DNA from: a bacterium
GTDB lineage: Bacteria; Krumholzibacteriota; Krumholzibacteriia; Krumholzibacteriales; Krumholzibacteriaceae
NCBI GenBank assembly: GCA_020350885.1
Contig: CP070727.1
Coordinates: forward strand, 2,037,163-2,101,162
Direction: 5' to 3'
DNA: 64,000 bases
Shown: piece by piece, positions 29,201-38,286 of the stretch
Layout: every line of letters begins with the position of its first letter
Position numbering within the stretch: the stretch's first letter is position 1
Made by a program: the position numbers and the translations under genes
The notes under the pieces: model-generated
Database searches by the model: none
Told to the model about the DNA's origin: nothing
What the model saw: only the letters and a program-made list of their open reading frames with translations

Positions 29201-30516
29201 AACATACCGTGACGGTTGTCGGAGGAGGACTGGCCGGCTCCGAACTGGCTTTGCAGCTCGCTTCCCGCGGTGTCGCTGTAGTGCTGCGCGAAATGCGCCC
29301 CACGTCGATGACACCAGCCCACACGACACCGTATCTCGCCGAGCTCGTATGCAGCAACTCACTCAAATCTGAAAATCCGCACACAGCTTCGGGAGTGCTT
29401 AAAAACGAATTGCGCCTTCTCGGCTGTCGCCTTCTCTCCCTGGCACGGGAGGCAAGCGTACCGGCAGGACACGCCCTCGCAGTCGATCGGGATGTGTTTG
29501 CACGTACCGTGACTGAGGCAATCGAAAGCGATCCCCGTATATCGCTCGAACGGAACGAGCAGCGGGACCTCGATCTCCCGCCGATAAGCGTTATCGCAAC
29601 CGGTCCACTCACCACAACCGATCTGGCCGGCGCCATACGGGAACATCTTTCACATGAACATCTGCACTTCTACGATGCGATTTCGATCTCGGTCGGCGCC
29701 GATTCCATCGACAGCAGGCGGATGTATCGAGCGTCACGGTACGGGAAGGGGGGGGACGATTATTGGAACATCCCTATCTCGCAGGAAGAATATCGGCGGT
29801 TAGTTGCTTTCCTGCGCGAAGCACCGAAGACGGTGAAACATGGATTCGAGGAGAAACGTTGCTTCGAGGCTTGCCTGCCGATCGAGATCCTCGCCGATAG
29901 GGACGAAGACGCCATGCGCTTCGGACCCCTGCGCCCGAAGGGGCTCCCCAATCCTCAAACGGGCCGGGAGCCGTACGCCGTGCTCCAGCTGCGGCAGGAA
30001 ACGGTCGCCGAGACCTTGCTGGGTCTCGTTGGATTCCAGACGAGGCTCACCAGGCCCGCACAACGCGAGCTTGTCAAGCTCATCCCCGGCCTTGAAGGGG
30101 CCGAGATACAGCGCTGGGGAGCGATTCACCGGAATACATACATTGACTCGCCGCGGCTGCTCGACGAAATGCAGATGTCGAGAAAGAGAGAAGGGCTCTT
30201 CTTCTGCGGACAGCTCGTCGGCGTCGAAGGCTACATGGAATCGATCGCGCACGGGCTCGTGGTTGCATACAATCTCTTGTCACTTCTGGGAGGAAGACGC
30301 CCGGAGCTCTTTCCCGAAGAGACACTCATCGGTGCATTGCAGCGTCATCTTGTTCTCGGAAAGGAACCATTTCAGCCGATGAACGTGAACTTCGGCATCC
30401 TGCCGCAACCTGCCGCGGCCAAGCGAGAACGTAAGAAAATTTATCTTGAAAGATCACGCGCATCCATGGAAGCATTCATCGAACAGGTTTCATCTAGTCA
30501 TTGGAAGCAAAATTGA
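29197..30516 (+). CDS. trmFO: Methylenetetrahydrofolate--tRNA-(uracil-5-)-methyltransferase TrmFO
   Basis: FAD-binding GGGLAGSELA N-terminus and TrmFO-specific LVCSNSLKS motif. Sits between topA and xerC, as gid/trmFO does in Bacillus. TTG start (or GTG at 29209). Confidence 0.85.
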   Translation: MKHTVTVVGGGLAGSELALQLASRGVAVVLREMRPTSMTPAHTTPYLAELVCSNSLKSENPHTASGVLKNELRLLGCRLLSLAREASVPAGHALAVDRDVFARTVTEAIESDPRISLERNEQRDLDLPPISVIATGPLTTTDLAGAIREHLSHEHLHFYDAISISVGADSIDSRRMYRASRYGKGGDDYWNIPISQEEYRRLVAFLREAPKTVKHGFEEKRCFEACLPIEILADRDEDAMRFGPLRPKGLPNPQTGREPYAVLQLRQETVAETLLGLVGFQTRLTRPAQRELVKLIPGLEGAEIQRWGAIHRNTYIDSPRLLDEMQMSRKREGLFFCGQLVGVEGYMESIAHGLVVAYNLLSLLGGRRPELFPEETLIGALQRHLVLGKEPFQPMNVNFGILPQPAAAKRERKKIYLERSRASMEAFIEQVSSSHWKQN

Positions 30517-30536
30517 AGACGGGAAAGGAGACCGAA

Positions 30537-32195
30537 ATGAGAACATCAGCAATCGGTATTGTTTTTCTCGTAACGATACTCGTTTCATCCTCAGTTCAAG
30601 GGATGAGTATCGAAGAGTACATATCGAATGCAACGTCACTCCAGGAAGCAGGCAAAATTGCAGAGGCTGTCGATCTGCTCGAGAAGGCGGTTGCAGAATA
30701 CCCGGAGAGCTCGGAGATCTATGCCTATCTCGGGCTCTATACCGGCATGAGCGCCGGCCAGGCGGGTGATTACATGGAAGCCGGAAGGCTGAGTTTCCTT
30801 GCCTTCGAGAGGCTCGATACGGCTGTATCGCTGGATCCGAATAATCACACCGCCTACCTGTTCAGGGGCATTCTGGGTGTACGGGTCCCGAAGTTCCTCG
30901 GGAGGCTGGACGGTGCCATCGCCGCTCTAAATCAGGTTATTACGCTCCACGCAAAAGATCCCAAGACCGTGCCGAATGAGTCTCTCATATACGCACACCA
31001 GATGCTTGCCGAGGGTCATACGAAGAACGAGGATCACGCTGCAGCGAAAGAGGTGCTTCAGAAGATCATAGAGATCGCACCCGGCACGGATGCGGCCACA
31101 CTCGCCGAGGAGCAGATAGCAAAGCTTCCATCACCGAAGGCGCCCGAGCGGAGCCCGCTTGCAGTACGCGAGGACGACCGCCAGGAAATCGCCTCCTTAA
31201 AGAAGAAGATAGAGCAGGAGCCCGAGAATACAGCTCTCGTGCTGGCGCTGGGCGAGGCATACTACAGCGCCGATGATTTCGACGAGGCGGTCGAGGTGCT
31301 GAAACAGTATATACGAACCGAGACCTCGAATCCAACCGCCTACCGGCTCCTCGGCATATCGGTCGCTCAGATCGCCGGGCGCGGATACGATGAAACGATC
31401 TACAGCGACACGGATTACCGCTCGGGGCTCGCCTTCGAGGCGATCTCGTATATGGATAGAGCCATAGAGCTCGCACCGGATGATGTCGAGACACGTCTCA
31501 TTCGAGGCATCTTCGGCATCATGTTTCCCTTCTTCGTTGGAAAGCACGACCAGGGTGTCGAGGATCTCGAGTATGTCGTAGAGAGTGATGCGTCCGAAGC
31601 GCAGAAGGCCGAGGCCCTCTACTACCTGGGAGTCGCACACCAACGCAAGGGAATGCGTTACTGGCTGGAGGTGGCAACCGAATATCCGGAAACCGATGCA
31701 ACCAATCTGGTTTACCAGGATATGCGCCCGGTTGTGCAGCACTTCGATCCCATAAAGCATGAGAAGCCGGTCATGGCCATAGACTTCGTGCTTGGATTCC
31801 AGGACGAGCTGCCGCCGCAAACGGCGGTATGGATCGAGAACAGCGAGGGCGACCATATACGGACCCTCTACGTCTCCGGATTCAGCGGATATGCGAAGGA
31901 GAAACAGATTAATCTCCCCGTGTGGTCCGCGGTATCCGAATTCCAGGATATAGACGATGTGACAGGTGCCAGTATCGATATCGGCCACCACATATATATC
32001 TGGGACCTTCGCGACCGTCACGGGAAAGAGGTCGAAAACGGGAAGTATACGGTAAAGGTCGAAGTCTCGCACTGGCCGAGCATGAAGTATCAGCTCTCCG
32101 AGGCCGTGGTAGCGGTTGGAAAAAAGAACAGTGAAGCTGTGGTCGAGGAAGGGGCCTTCATTCCCCAGCTCCGCGTTACCTACTACAGTCGGTAG
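30537..32195 (+). CDS. Secreted TPR-repeat protein with a C-terminal beta-rich domain of unknown function
   Basis: Signal peptide MRTSAIGIVFLVTILVSSSVQG preceded by gggaaaggag RBS. Several TPR motifs. C-terminal ~150 aa (AVWIENSEGDHIRTLYVSGF...KYTVKVEVSHWPS) has no family I can assign. Confidence 0.5.
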   Translation: MRTSAIGIVFLVTILVSSSVQGMSIEEYISNATSLQEAGKIAEAVDLLEKAVAEYPESSEIYAYLGLYTGMSAGQAGDYMEAGRLSFLAFERLDTAVSLDPNNHTAYLFRGILGVRVPKFLGRLDGAIAALNQVITLHAKDPKTVPNESLIYAHQMLAEGHTKNEDHAAAKEVLQKIIEIAPGTDAATLAEEQIAKLPSPKAPERSPLAVREDDRQEIASLKKKIEQEPENTALVLALGEAYYSADDFDEAVEVLKQYIRTETSNPTAYRLLGISVAQIAGRGYDETIYSDTDYRSGLAFEAISYMDRAIELAPDDVETRLIRGIFGIMFPFFVGKHDQGVEDLEYVVESDASEAQKAEALYYLGVAHQRKGMRYWLEVATEYPETDATNLVYQDMRPVVQHFDPIKHEKPVMAIDFVLGFQDELPPQTAVWIENSEGDHIRTLYVSGFSGYAKEKQINLPVWSAVSEFQDIDDVTGASIDIGHHIYIWDLRDRHGKEVENGKYTVKVEVSHWPSMKYQLSEAVVAVGKKNSEAVVEEGAFIPQLRVTYYSR

Positions 32196-32295
32196 GAACG
32201 CATTGAATCGATGATGAACCACATACGGGGACGGACAACCGATAGGTAAGGGTACCGCCCGACAGGGATACTGAACAACACCGAGGGACATACGA

Positions 32296-33231
32296 ATGGT
32301 TATACAATCGGTAAAGGATTTCCTGATCCACATCGGGCTCGAGAAGGGGGCCTCGGAGGCGACGATACGCGCCTACGAGGCCGATGTCATCCAGTTCCTA
32401 GACTTCCTCAAGAGGGAGCTGGATGCGCGGCCGCGCTTTGCCGACATCGACGGTATAGCTATTATGTCCTATCTCGGAAACCTGTCGAGAGCCGGGTATT
32501 CATCGAGAAGCATCGCACGGAAGATCGCCTCTCTGAAGAGCTTCTGCACATTCTGCATGAAACGGGGGTTCATGCAAGCGGACCCGTCTGCCGCTCTTTC
32601 ATCGCCCAGGACAGGAAGGGATCTCCCCGTTTTCGCCGGTAGGGAAACGATCGAGCGAATGATGACTCTCCCGTCGCCCGATACCAAGAAGGGATTGCGT
32701 GACAGAGCCGTCCTGGAACTTCTCTACGGAACAGGTATGCGGCTCTCGGAGCTTGTCGGTTGTGACATCAACCGTTGCGATTTTCTCCGGGGCACCATCA
32801 AGGTGCTGGGAAAGAGGGGGAAAGAGCGGTTACTGCCACTCGGGGGCATGGCGGCCGAAAGCCTCAAGAGCTATCTACAGAACCGCTACGGTGTTCCCGA
32901 GGAAGTCTGGAACAGTCGTGAGGACTACGTTGCATTCCTCGGTGAGGGAATGACCGATCCTCTCTTCGCCGGACGGGGCGGGCGCAGGATCAGCAGACGG
33001 ACGATCCAGCGTATCGTTCGTAAATACTTCGAGCAGGTTGCTGCCCTCTCCCGTATGAGTCCACATGTACTCCGCCATACCTTCGCCACACATCTGCTCG
33101 AAGCCGGTGCGGATCTACGCGCCGTGCAGGAGCTCCTGGGGCATGCCAGCCTCACGACTACACAGAACTATACACACGTTACCGCCGAACGGCTCAGGGA
33201 TGTCTACGATCAGGCCCATCCGAGGGCATAA
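32296..33231 (+). CDS. xerC: Tyrosine recombinase XerC (CodV position)
   Basis: Catalytic region [36 protein letters not shown] with Arg, His and Tyr in place. Position between trmFO and hslV matches codV/xerC synteny. Confidence 0.85.
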   Translation: MVIQSVKDFLIHIGLEKGASEATIRAYEADVIQFLDFLKRELDARPRFADIDGIAIMSYLGNLSRAGYSSRSIARKIASLKSFCTFCMKRGFMQADPSAALSSPRTGRDLPVFAGRETIERMMTLPSPDTKKGLRDRAVLELLYGTGMRLSELVGCDINRCDFLRGTIKVLGKRGKERLLPLGGMAAESLKSYLQNRYGVPEEVWNSREDYVAFLGEGMTDPLFAGRGGRRISRRTIQRIVRKYFEQVAALSRMSPHVLRHTFATHLLEAGADLRAVQELLGHASLTTTQNYTHVTAERLRDVYDQAHPRA

Positions 33232-33350
33232 CGATATTGTGGTTGATATTACGGCACTACCGTACTATATACAATCGGACCGAACAACGATTCTCTCCGA
33301 CAATACGAACGTCGATGGTCGTAAGGAAAAAACTCACGTGGAGGACGGAT

Positions 33351-33878
33351 ATGATACGCAGTACTACAATCCTCGGTGTCCGGCGGGGCGATGCGATCGC
33401 CATGGGCGGTGACGGACAGGTGACCTTTGGGGAAACGGTTGTGAAACACGGTGCCCGTAAGGTGCGTTCCCTCGGTGAGAAAGGTATACTCGCCGGATTC
33501 GCCGGAAGTACCGCAGATGCGATGACACTGTTCGCCAAGTTCGAGGGCAAACTCGAGGAATCCGGCGGCAACCTCACGAAGGCAGCGGTGGAGATGGCCA
33601 AGGAATGGAGGAGTGACAAGATTCTGAAATCCCTCGAGGCCCTCCTTGCGGTCATGGACAGGGAACACTCCCTGATAATCTCCGGAAAGGGCGATGTCGT
33701 CGAACCCGATGACGGTATCGTCGCCATCGGCTCGGGCGGACCGTACGCGCTCGCTGCGGCCAGAGCCCTCATAAACAACACGAAGCTTGGCGCAGAAGCT
33801 ATTGTAAAAAAATCACTTGCGATAACATCAAAAATATGTATTTATACGAATGACGATATCACCGTTGAGATCCTGTGA
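33351..33878 (+). CDS. hslV: ATP-dependent protease subunit HslV
   Basis: [32 protein letters not shown] (Thr nucleophile after Met). ATG 33351 with ggaggacgg RBS. The track ORF was trimmed. Confidence 0.9.
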   Translation: MIRSTTILGVRRGDAIAMGGDGQVTFGETVVKHGARKVRSLGEKGILAGFAGSTADAMTLFAKFEGKLEESGGNLTKAAVEMAKEWRSDKILKSLEALLAVMDREHSLIISGKGDVVEPDDGIVAIGSGGPYALAAARALINNTKLGAEAIVKKSLAITSKICIYTNDDITVEIL

Positions 33879-33890
33879 GGGAGTAGATAG

Positions 33891-35231
33891 ATGAATGAGC
33901 TTACGCCGAAACAGATTGTTCACGAACTGGATAAGTACATCATCGGCCAGGATGAGGCGAAGAAATCCGTGGCGATAGCCCTCCGGAACAGATGGCGGCG
34001 TAAAAGGGTCGACGAACCGATACGGGAAGAGATCCTGCCGAACAATATCATCATGATGGGCCCCACCGGTGTCGGGAAGACGGAGGTGGCACGGAGGCTC
34101 GCCCGGCTGGCACAGGCGCCGTTCATAAAGGTCGAAGCAACGAAGTTCACCGAGGTGGGCTACGTCGGACGGGATGTCGAATCGATGGTGCGTGATCTCG
34201 TCGAGATCGCCATCAACATGGAGAAGGAAAAATCCTTCACCCAGGTCGAGGCGCAGGCGGAAGAACAGGCCCTCTACAGGCTCCTCGATCTCCTGATTCC
34301 TCCATCGAAGGTGACAACAGAAGAGAAGGGCAAGGAGATCGAAGAACGGCGCCACAGGACCAAGGAAAAGCTCAAGCACAAACTCGAAGAGGGAGATCTC
34401 GATTCCCGTGAAGTGACGATCGAAACGGTGGACCGATCCAAGCCCTTCATCGAGATCTTCTCGGGTACCGGCCTCGAGGAGATGGGAGTGAAATTCCCCG
34501 ACGGGCTCGACCACCTTATGCCGAAACGCACAAAGGGTAGGAAGGTAACGGTCGAGGAAGCCAAAAAGATCCTGATTCAGGAGGAGAAGGAAAAGCTCGT
34601 CGATATGGACCGCGTGACCTCCCGGGCGGTCAAGGCGGTCGAGGAGACTGGTATCATCTTCATCGACGAGATCGACAAGATCACGAGCAGCGGGAGCGCA
34701 CACGGTCCCGATGTATCGCGGGAGGGGGTACAACGTGACATCCTGCCGATCGTCGAGGGATCGAGTGTGAACACGAAGTACGGCGTGGTCAAGACCGATC
34801 ATATCCTCTTCATATCGGCGGGAGCGTTTCACACCTCCAAGCCGTCGGATCTCATACCCGAACTCCAGGGCCGATTTCCCATCCGTGTGGAATTCAAGGC
34901 GCTGACCGCCGAGGACTTCGAGAGGATACTGCTCGAGCCGGAGAATGCCCTCATCAAACAGTACACGGCTCTCATCGAATCGGAGGGTTGCGCAATACGA
35001 TTCACCAGCGGGGCCGTCAGAGAGATCGCGCGTATGGCGTACCGTGTGAATCAGAAGATGGAGAACATCGGAGCGAGGAGACTCCACACGATCATGACGA
35101 CGCTTCTGGAGGACATCCTCTTCGATCTACCGAACAACCGGACGAAGACGATCTCCATAAGCAGCAAAATGGTCAAGAACAAGCTGGAATCAATAGTCAA
35201 GGACGAAGATCTCGCCAGATACATCCTGTAA
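33891..35231 (+). CDS. hslU: ATP-dependent protease ATPase subunit HslU
   Basis: [32 protein letters not shown], Walker [21 protein letters not shown]. Confidence 0.95.
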   Translation: MNELTPKQIVHELDKYIIGQDEAKKSVAIALRNRWRRKRVDEPIREEILPNNIIMMGPTGVGKTEVARRLARLAQAPFIKVEATKFTEVGYVGRDVESMVRDLVEIAINMEKEKSFTQVEAQAEEQALYRLLDLLIPPSKVTTEEKGKEIEERRHRTKEKLKHKLEEGDLDSREVTIETVDRSKPFIEIFSGTGLEEMGVKFPDGLDHLMPKRTKGRKVTVEEAKKILIQEEKEKLVDMDRVTSRAVKAVEETGIIFIDEIDKITSSGSAHGPDVSREGVQRDILPIVEGSSVNTKYGVVKTDHILFISAGAFHTSKPSDLIPELQGRFPIRVEFKALTAEDFERILLEPENALIKQYTALIESEGCAIRFTSGAVREIARMAYRVNQKMENIGARRLHTIMTTLLEDILFDLPNNRTKTISISSKMVKNKLESIVKDEDLARYIL

Positions 35232-35294
35232 TCGATCCCTGCCGCATATCGATGAGCGGAGCGATCAGGATCAATCAGCCCGGAAGGAGCCGCC

Positions 35295-36227
35295 ATGAAG
35301 CTGAACCGCAAGGATTTCCTCTCCATCCGCGACTTTTCACGCGATGAGCTGGAGACGATTCTCGCGCTGTGCGAGAAACAGAAACCGCTCGCCCGAGAGC
35401 ATCGCCTCGAACCCACTCACCCGGGCCGTGTGCTCGCATGTATATTCCACAAGCCGAGCCTCAGGACGAGAATCAGTTTCGAGGTCGCGATACGGCAGCT
35501 TGGAGGCTCGAGCCTGTACATAACCGACAGGGAGATTGGCATCGGAAGCAGGGAGGCGCCAAAGGATGTAGCAAATGTCCTCTCGCGGTACGTCGACGGT
35601 ATCATGATCAGAACCTTTGACCAGGGGCTGGTGGAGGCTCTTGCCGAACATGCCACCGTGCCGATCATAAACGGCCTGACCGATCTTTTGCACCCATGCC
35701 AGGTTCTCGGCGACATCTTCACCATAATCGAGCACCGCGGCTCCATCGACGGCAAGAAAATAGTATTCATCGGTGACGGCAACAACGTGGCACGCAGCTG
35801 GCTGAATGCCGCCGCCCGGTTCCCGTTCAGCTTCGTTCTCAGTGCACCTGCCGGATACGAGATCGACGCCTCCTTTGTCGAAGAGGTGCAGGGCCACGGA
35901 AGTCCCGATTACCGATGGATTCAAGATCCCCTGGAGGCGGTCACGGGCGCAGATGTGGTCTATACCGATGTATGGGCCAGTATGGGCCAGGAGGACGTGA
36001 AGGAGGCTCGTGGCAGGATCTTCGCCGGGTACCAGGTGAACGAACAACTCATGAGCCGGGCGAACGGAGACTGTCTCTTCATGCACTGCCTGCCGGCGCA
36101 TCGAGGCGACGAGGTCACCGATGGCGTCATCGACGGGCCGCATTCCGTCGTATTCGACGAGGCGGAAAACAGGACACACATCCAGCGGGCGATCATGGCG
36201 CTTCTCATTCAGGGTGAGAATAACTAG
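35295..36227 (+). CDS. argF: Ornithine carbamoyltransferase
   Basis: Carbamoyl-phosphate motif SLRTR, ornithine motifs DVWASMGQE and HCLPAHRGDEV. ggaaggag RBS. Confidence 0.85.
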   Translation: MKLNRKDFLSIRDFSRDELETILALCEKQKPLAREHRLEPTHPGRVLACIFHKPSLRTRISFEVAIRQLGGSSLYITDREIGIGSREAPKDVANVLSRYVDGIMIRTFDQGLVEALAEHATVPIINGLTDLLHPCQVLGDIFTIIEHRGSIDGKKIVFIGDGNNVARSWLNAAARFPFSFVLSAPAGYEIDASFVEEVQGHGSPDYRWIQDPLEAVTGADVVYTDVWASMGQEDVKEARGRIFAGYQVNEQLMSRANGDCLFMHCLPAHRGDEVTDGVIDGPHSVVFDEAENRTHIQRAIMALLIQGENN

Positions 36228-36253
36228 GAAACGTGCAGATACCGGATACGAAC

Positions 36254-37321
36254 ATGAGACACTCAGCCGAACGTTTTCGGCCACTCGTTGTGCTTCTGGC
36301 TCTCGCAATTACCACGTGTGCCGTTATCGAGCCCCCCACCGGAGGACCCGAGGATACGGAGCCGCCGATCATCGTCGAATATTCTCCGCGACCCGATTCC
36401 ACCGGCGTCTCGAGAGAGACCTCGGTCCGGATCGCCTTCAGCGAAGATCTCGATAGCGAGAGTTTCAAGAACAGAGTCCGTTTCTACCCGCCGGTCGAGT
36501 TCGACCGTGTCACGGTAAAAGGAAACAGATTGGAGATCAGATTCCGGGAACTCCTTCCCGAAACCACGTTCTGCGTGCTACTGGCGGCCGGTTTCAAGGA
36601 CCACCACGGTGTCAGGAGCTCGAGAAACGAGCAATTCTATTTTGCAACATCTGATTCCATCGAGCGGGGACAGCTCTCGGGTCATATTCTCTTCAAGAGC
36701 AAGCTCGATTCCATCAGTGTCGTGAAGGCCTTCGAGATACGGGCCGATACGGCCATCAATGTCTTCAAGCAAGAGGAATCGAGGATTGCGTTCACCGAAC
36801 GGGACGGAAGCTTCCGTCTCCGCGCACTGCCGGCAGACAGCAGTCGTTACCTTCTCTGGGCCTTCAGGGATGAAACAGGTGATGGGAAATACACGAGCGG
36901 GAAGGATTTCTCGCTTCTCTTCGGGGACACCCTCCTTCTCACCACAGATAAAACCACGATCGACGGTCTCGTGATCAATGTGATCGATCCGAATGAGCCG
37001 GGATCGGTCCAGGGGCGCGTGATCAACGAGTCGGGTATCGACGAGCTTGCGATGATCCGGTTCGACCCGCTTCTGCCGGGTGAGCCCCCGCTCCTCGCCG
37101 TAGCGGATACCACGGGTCATTTCAAGCTCATAAAGGTCAGGCCCGGAGGCTATCTCTTTTCGGCTTTTCTCGATATCGCCCCTGACAGTGTGTGCGGGAG
37201 CTACCCCGACCCTTTGGATTCGACGGCAACACTTCAGGAGCCGTGCTTCGAGATGCCCGACACGCTTGTCATCGGGCCGGGGGAATCGAAGACGCTCGAG
37301 CCCGTACTATTACAAAGATGA
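36254..37321 (+). CDS. Putative lipoprotein with a Big_5-type Ig-like domain and a carboxypeptidase-regulatory-like beta-sandwich
   Basis: Signal peptide MRHSAERFRPLVVLLALAITTCA (possible lipobox). PPIIVEYSPRPDSTGVSRETSVRIAFSEDLDSESF resembles bacterial Ig-like (SbsA/Big_5) domains. GSVQGRVINESG resembles a CarbopepD_reg-like domain. Confidence 0.45.
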   Translation: MRHSAERFRPLVVLLALAITTCAVIEPPTGGPEDTEPPIIVEYSPRPDSTGVSRETSVRIAFSEDLDSESFKNRVRFYPPVEFDRVTVKGNRLEIRFRELLPETTFCVLLAAGFKDHHGVRSSRNEQFYFATSDSIERGQLSGHILFKSKLDSISVVKAFEIRADTAINVFKQEESRIAFTERDGSFRLRALPADSSRYLLWAFRDETGDGKYTSGKDFSLLFGDTLLLTTDKTTIDGLVINVIDPNEPGSVQGRVINESGIDELAMIRFDPLLPGEPPLLAVADTTGHFKLIKVRPGGYLFSAFLDIAPDSVCGSYPDPLDSTATLQEPCFEMPDTLVIGPGESKTLEPVLLQR

Positions 37322-37331
37322 GGTGAACGTG

Positions 37332-38156
37332 ATGGACGAGGTGGCGTTCGTCAAGATGCACGGGGCGGGAAACGACTTCATCATGGTGGAGGATCTCGCC
37401 GTCCGCTTCGATCCCGACCGGTCGATGATCGCCGCACTCTGCGCATCCCACCGGGGAATCGGTGCCGATGGATTGATCATCCTGCGGCCGAGTGACCGGG
37501 CGGCCTTTTCGATGAAATACTACAACAGCGACGGGGGGGAGGCCGAGCTCTGCGGGAATGGAGCCAGGTGCGTAGCCCTTCTTGCATACAGGCTCGGCAT
37601 CACCGGACGCTCAATGCAGTTCGAGGCGCGCTCGGGGCCCGTCAAAGCCGAGATCCTCGACGACGGTGTCAATGTGGATATCGGAAAGGTTCGAGACCTC
37701 AGGCTCGGGATCGACCTCGATATGCTTCCGTCCAAGATCCATACGGCGTTCGCCGGTGTACCCCATGCAGTCGTGCTGACGCAGAATACGAGGGATTATT
37801 CCTCCGAGGCGTTCGTCACATGGGCGCGGCCGGTGCGATCCCACGCCTCCTTCTCACCGGAAGGAGTCAACGTCAATCTCGTCGCCGTTATCGACCGCAA
37901 CAGACTCGCCTACCGCACCTATGAACGAGGCGTGGAGCGGGAAACCCTCGCCTGCGGGACCGGGGCCATCGCCTCCGCCGTCGTCACGTCGCACCTCGGC
38001 ATGACCGAATCGCCGGTATCATGTGAAACGGGGGGAGGCGATCTCCTTTCCGTCACCTTCGAAAAAACGAGTAGCGGCGCCGAGGGGTGCATGCTCAAGG
38101 GACCGGCCGAAGTCGCCTTCGAAGGGACCTTCCGGCAATCCGATTACCGGCCGTGA
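37332..38156 (+). CDS. dapF: Diaminopimelate epimerase
   Basis: FVKMHGAGNDFIMVED, NSDGGEAELCGNGARC and second active-site Cys region ERETLACGTGA. The track ORF was trimmed to ATG 37332. Confidence 0.9.
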   Translation: MDEVAFVKMHGAGNDFIMVEDLAVRFDPDRSMIAALCASHRGIGADGLIILRPSDRAAFSMKYYNSDGGEAELCGNGARCVALLAYRLGITGRSMQFEARSGPVKAEILDDGVNVDIGKVRDLRLGIDLDMLPSKIHTAFAGVPHAVVLTQNTRDYSSEAFVTWARPVRSHASFSPEGVNVNLVAVIDRNRLAYRTYERGVERETLACGTGAIASAVVTSHLGMTESPVSCETGGGDLLSVTFEKTSSGAEGCMLKGPAEVAFEGTFRQSDYRP

Positions 38157-38286
38157 CCGGACCGGCCGATCCGTGTAGCGGACAACCGGCGGGCACCACC
38201 GGACCAGAGGTCCCCCGTCACTTTTATAACTTGCTAAAAACCATGATCCTTGGCACATTACATATAGAGGTGAATGTAGTATCGTC

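Noticed and set aside
32296-33231. Tyrosine recombinases (here and at 46887..47823) as markers of an integrated mobile element
   Set aside because: Both sit in conserved housekeeping synteny (trmFO-xerC-hslVU and uvrC-xerD-scpAB). No phage or transposon genes, tRNA attachment site or flanking repeats are seen. They are XerC/XerD chromosome-dimer resolvases.
33232-33350. Candidate dif-like Xer site between xerC and hslV (tatatacaat region)
   Set aside because: No 28-bp sequence with the dyad symmetry and central spacer of known dif sites could be matched. It is only an AT-rich leader.
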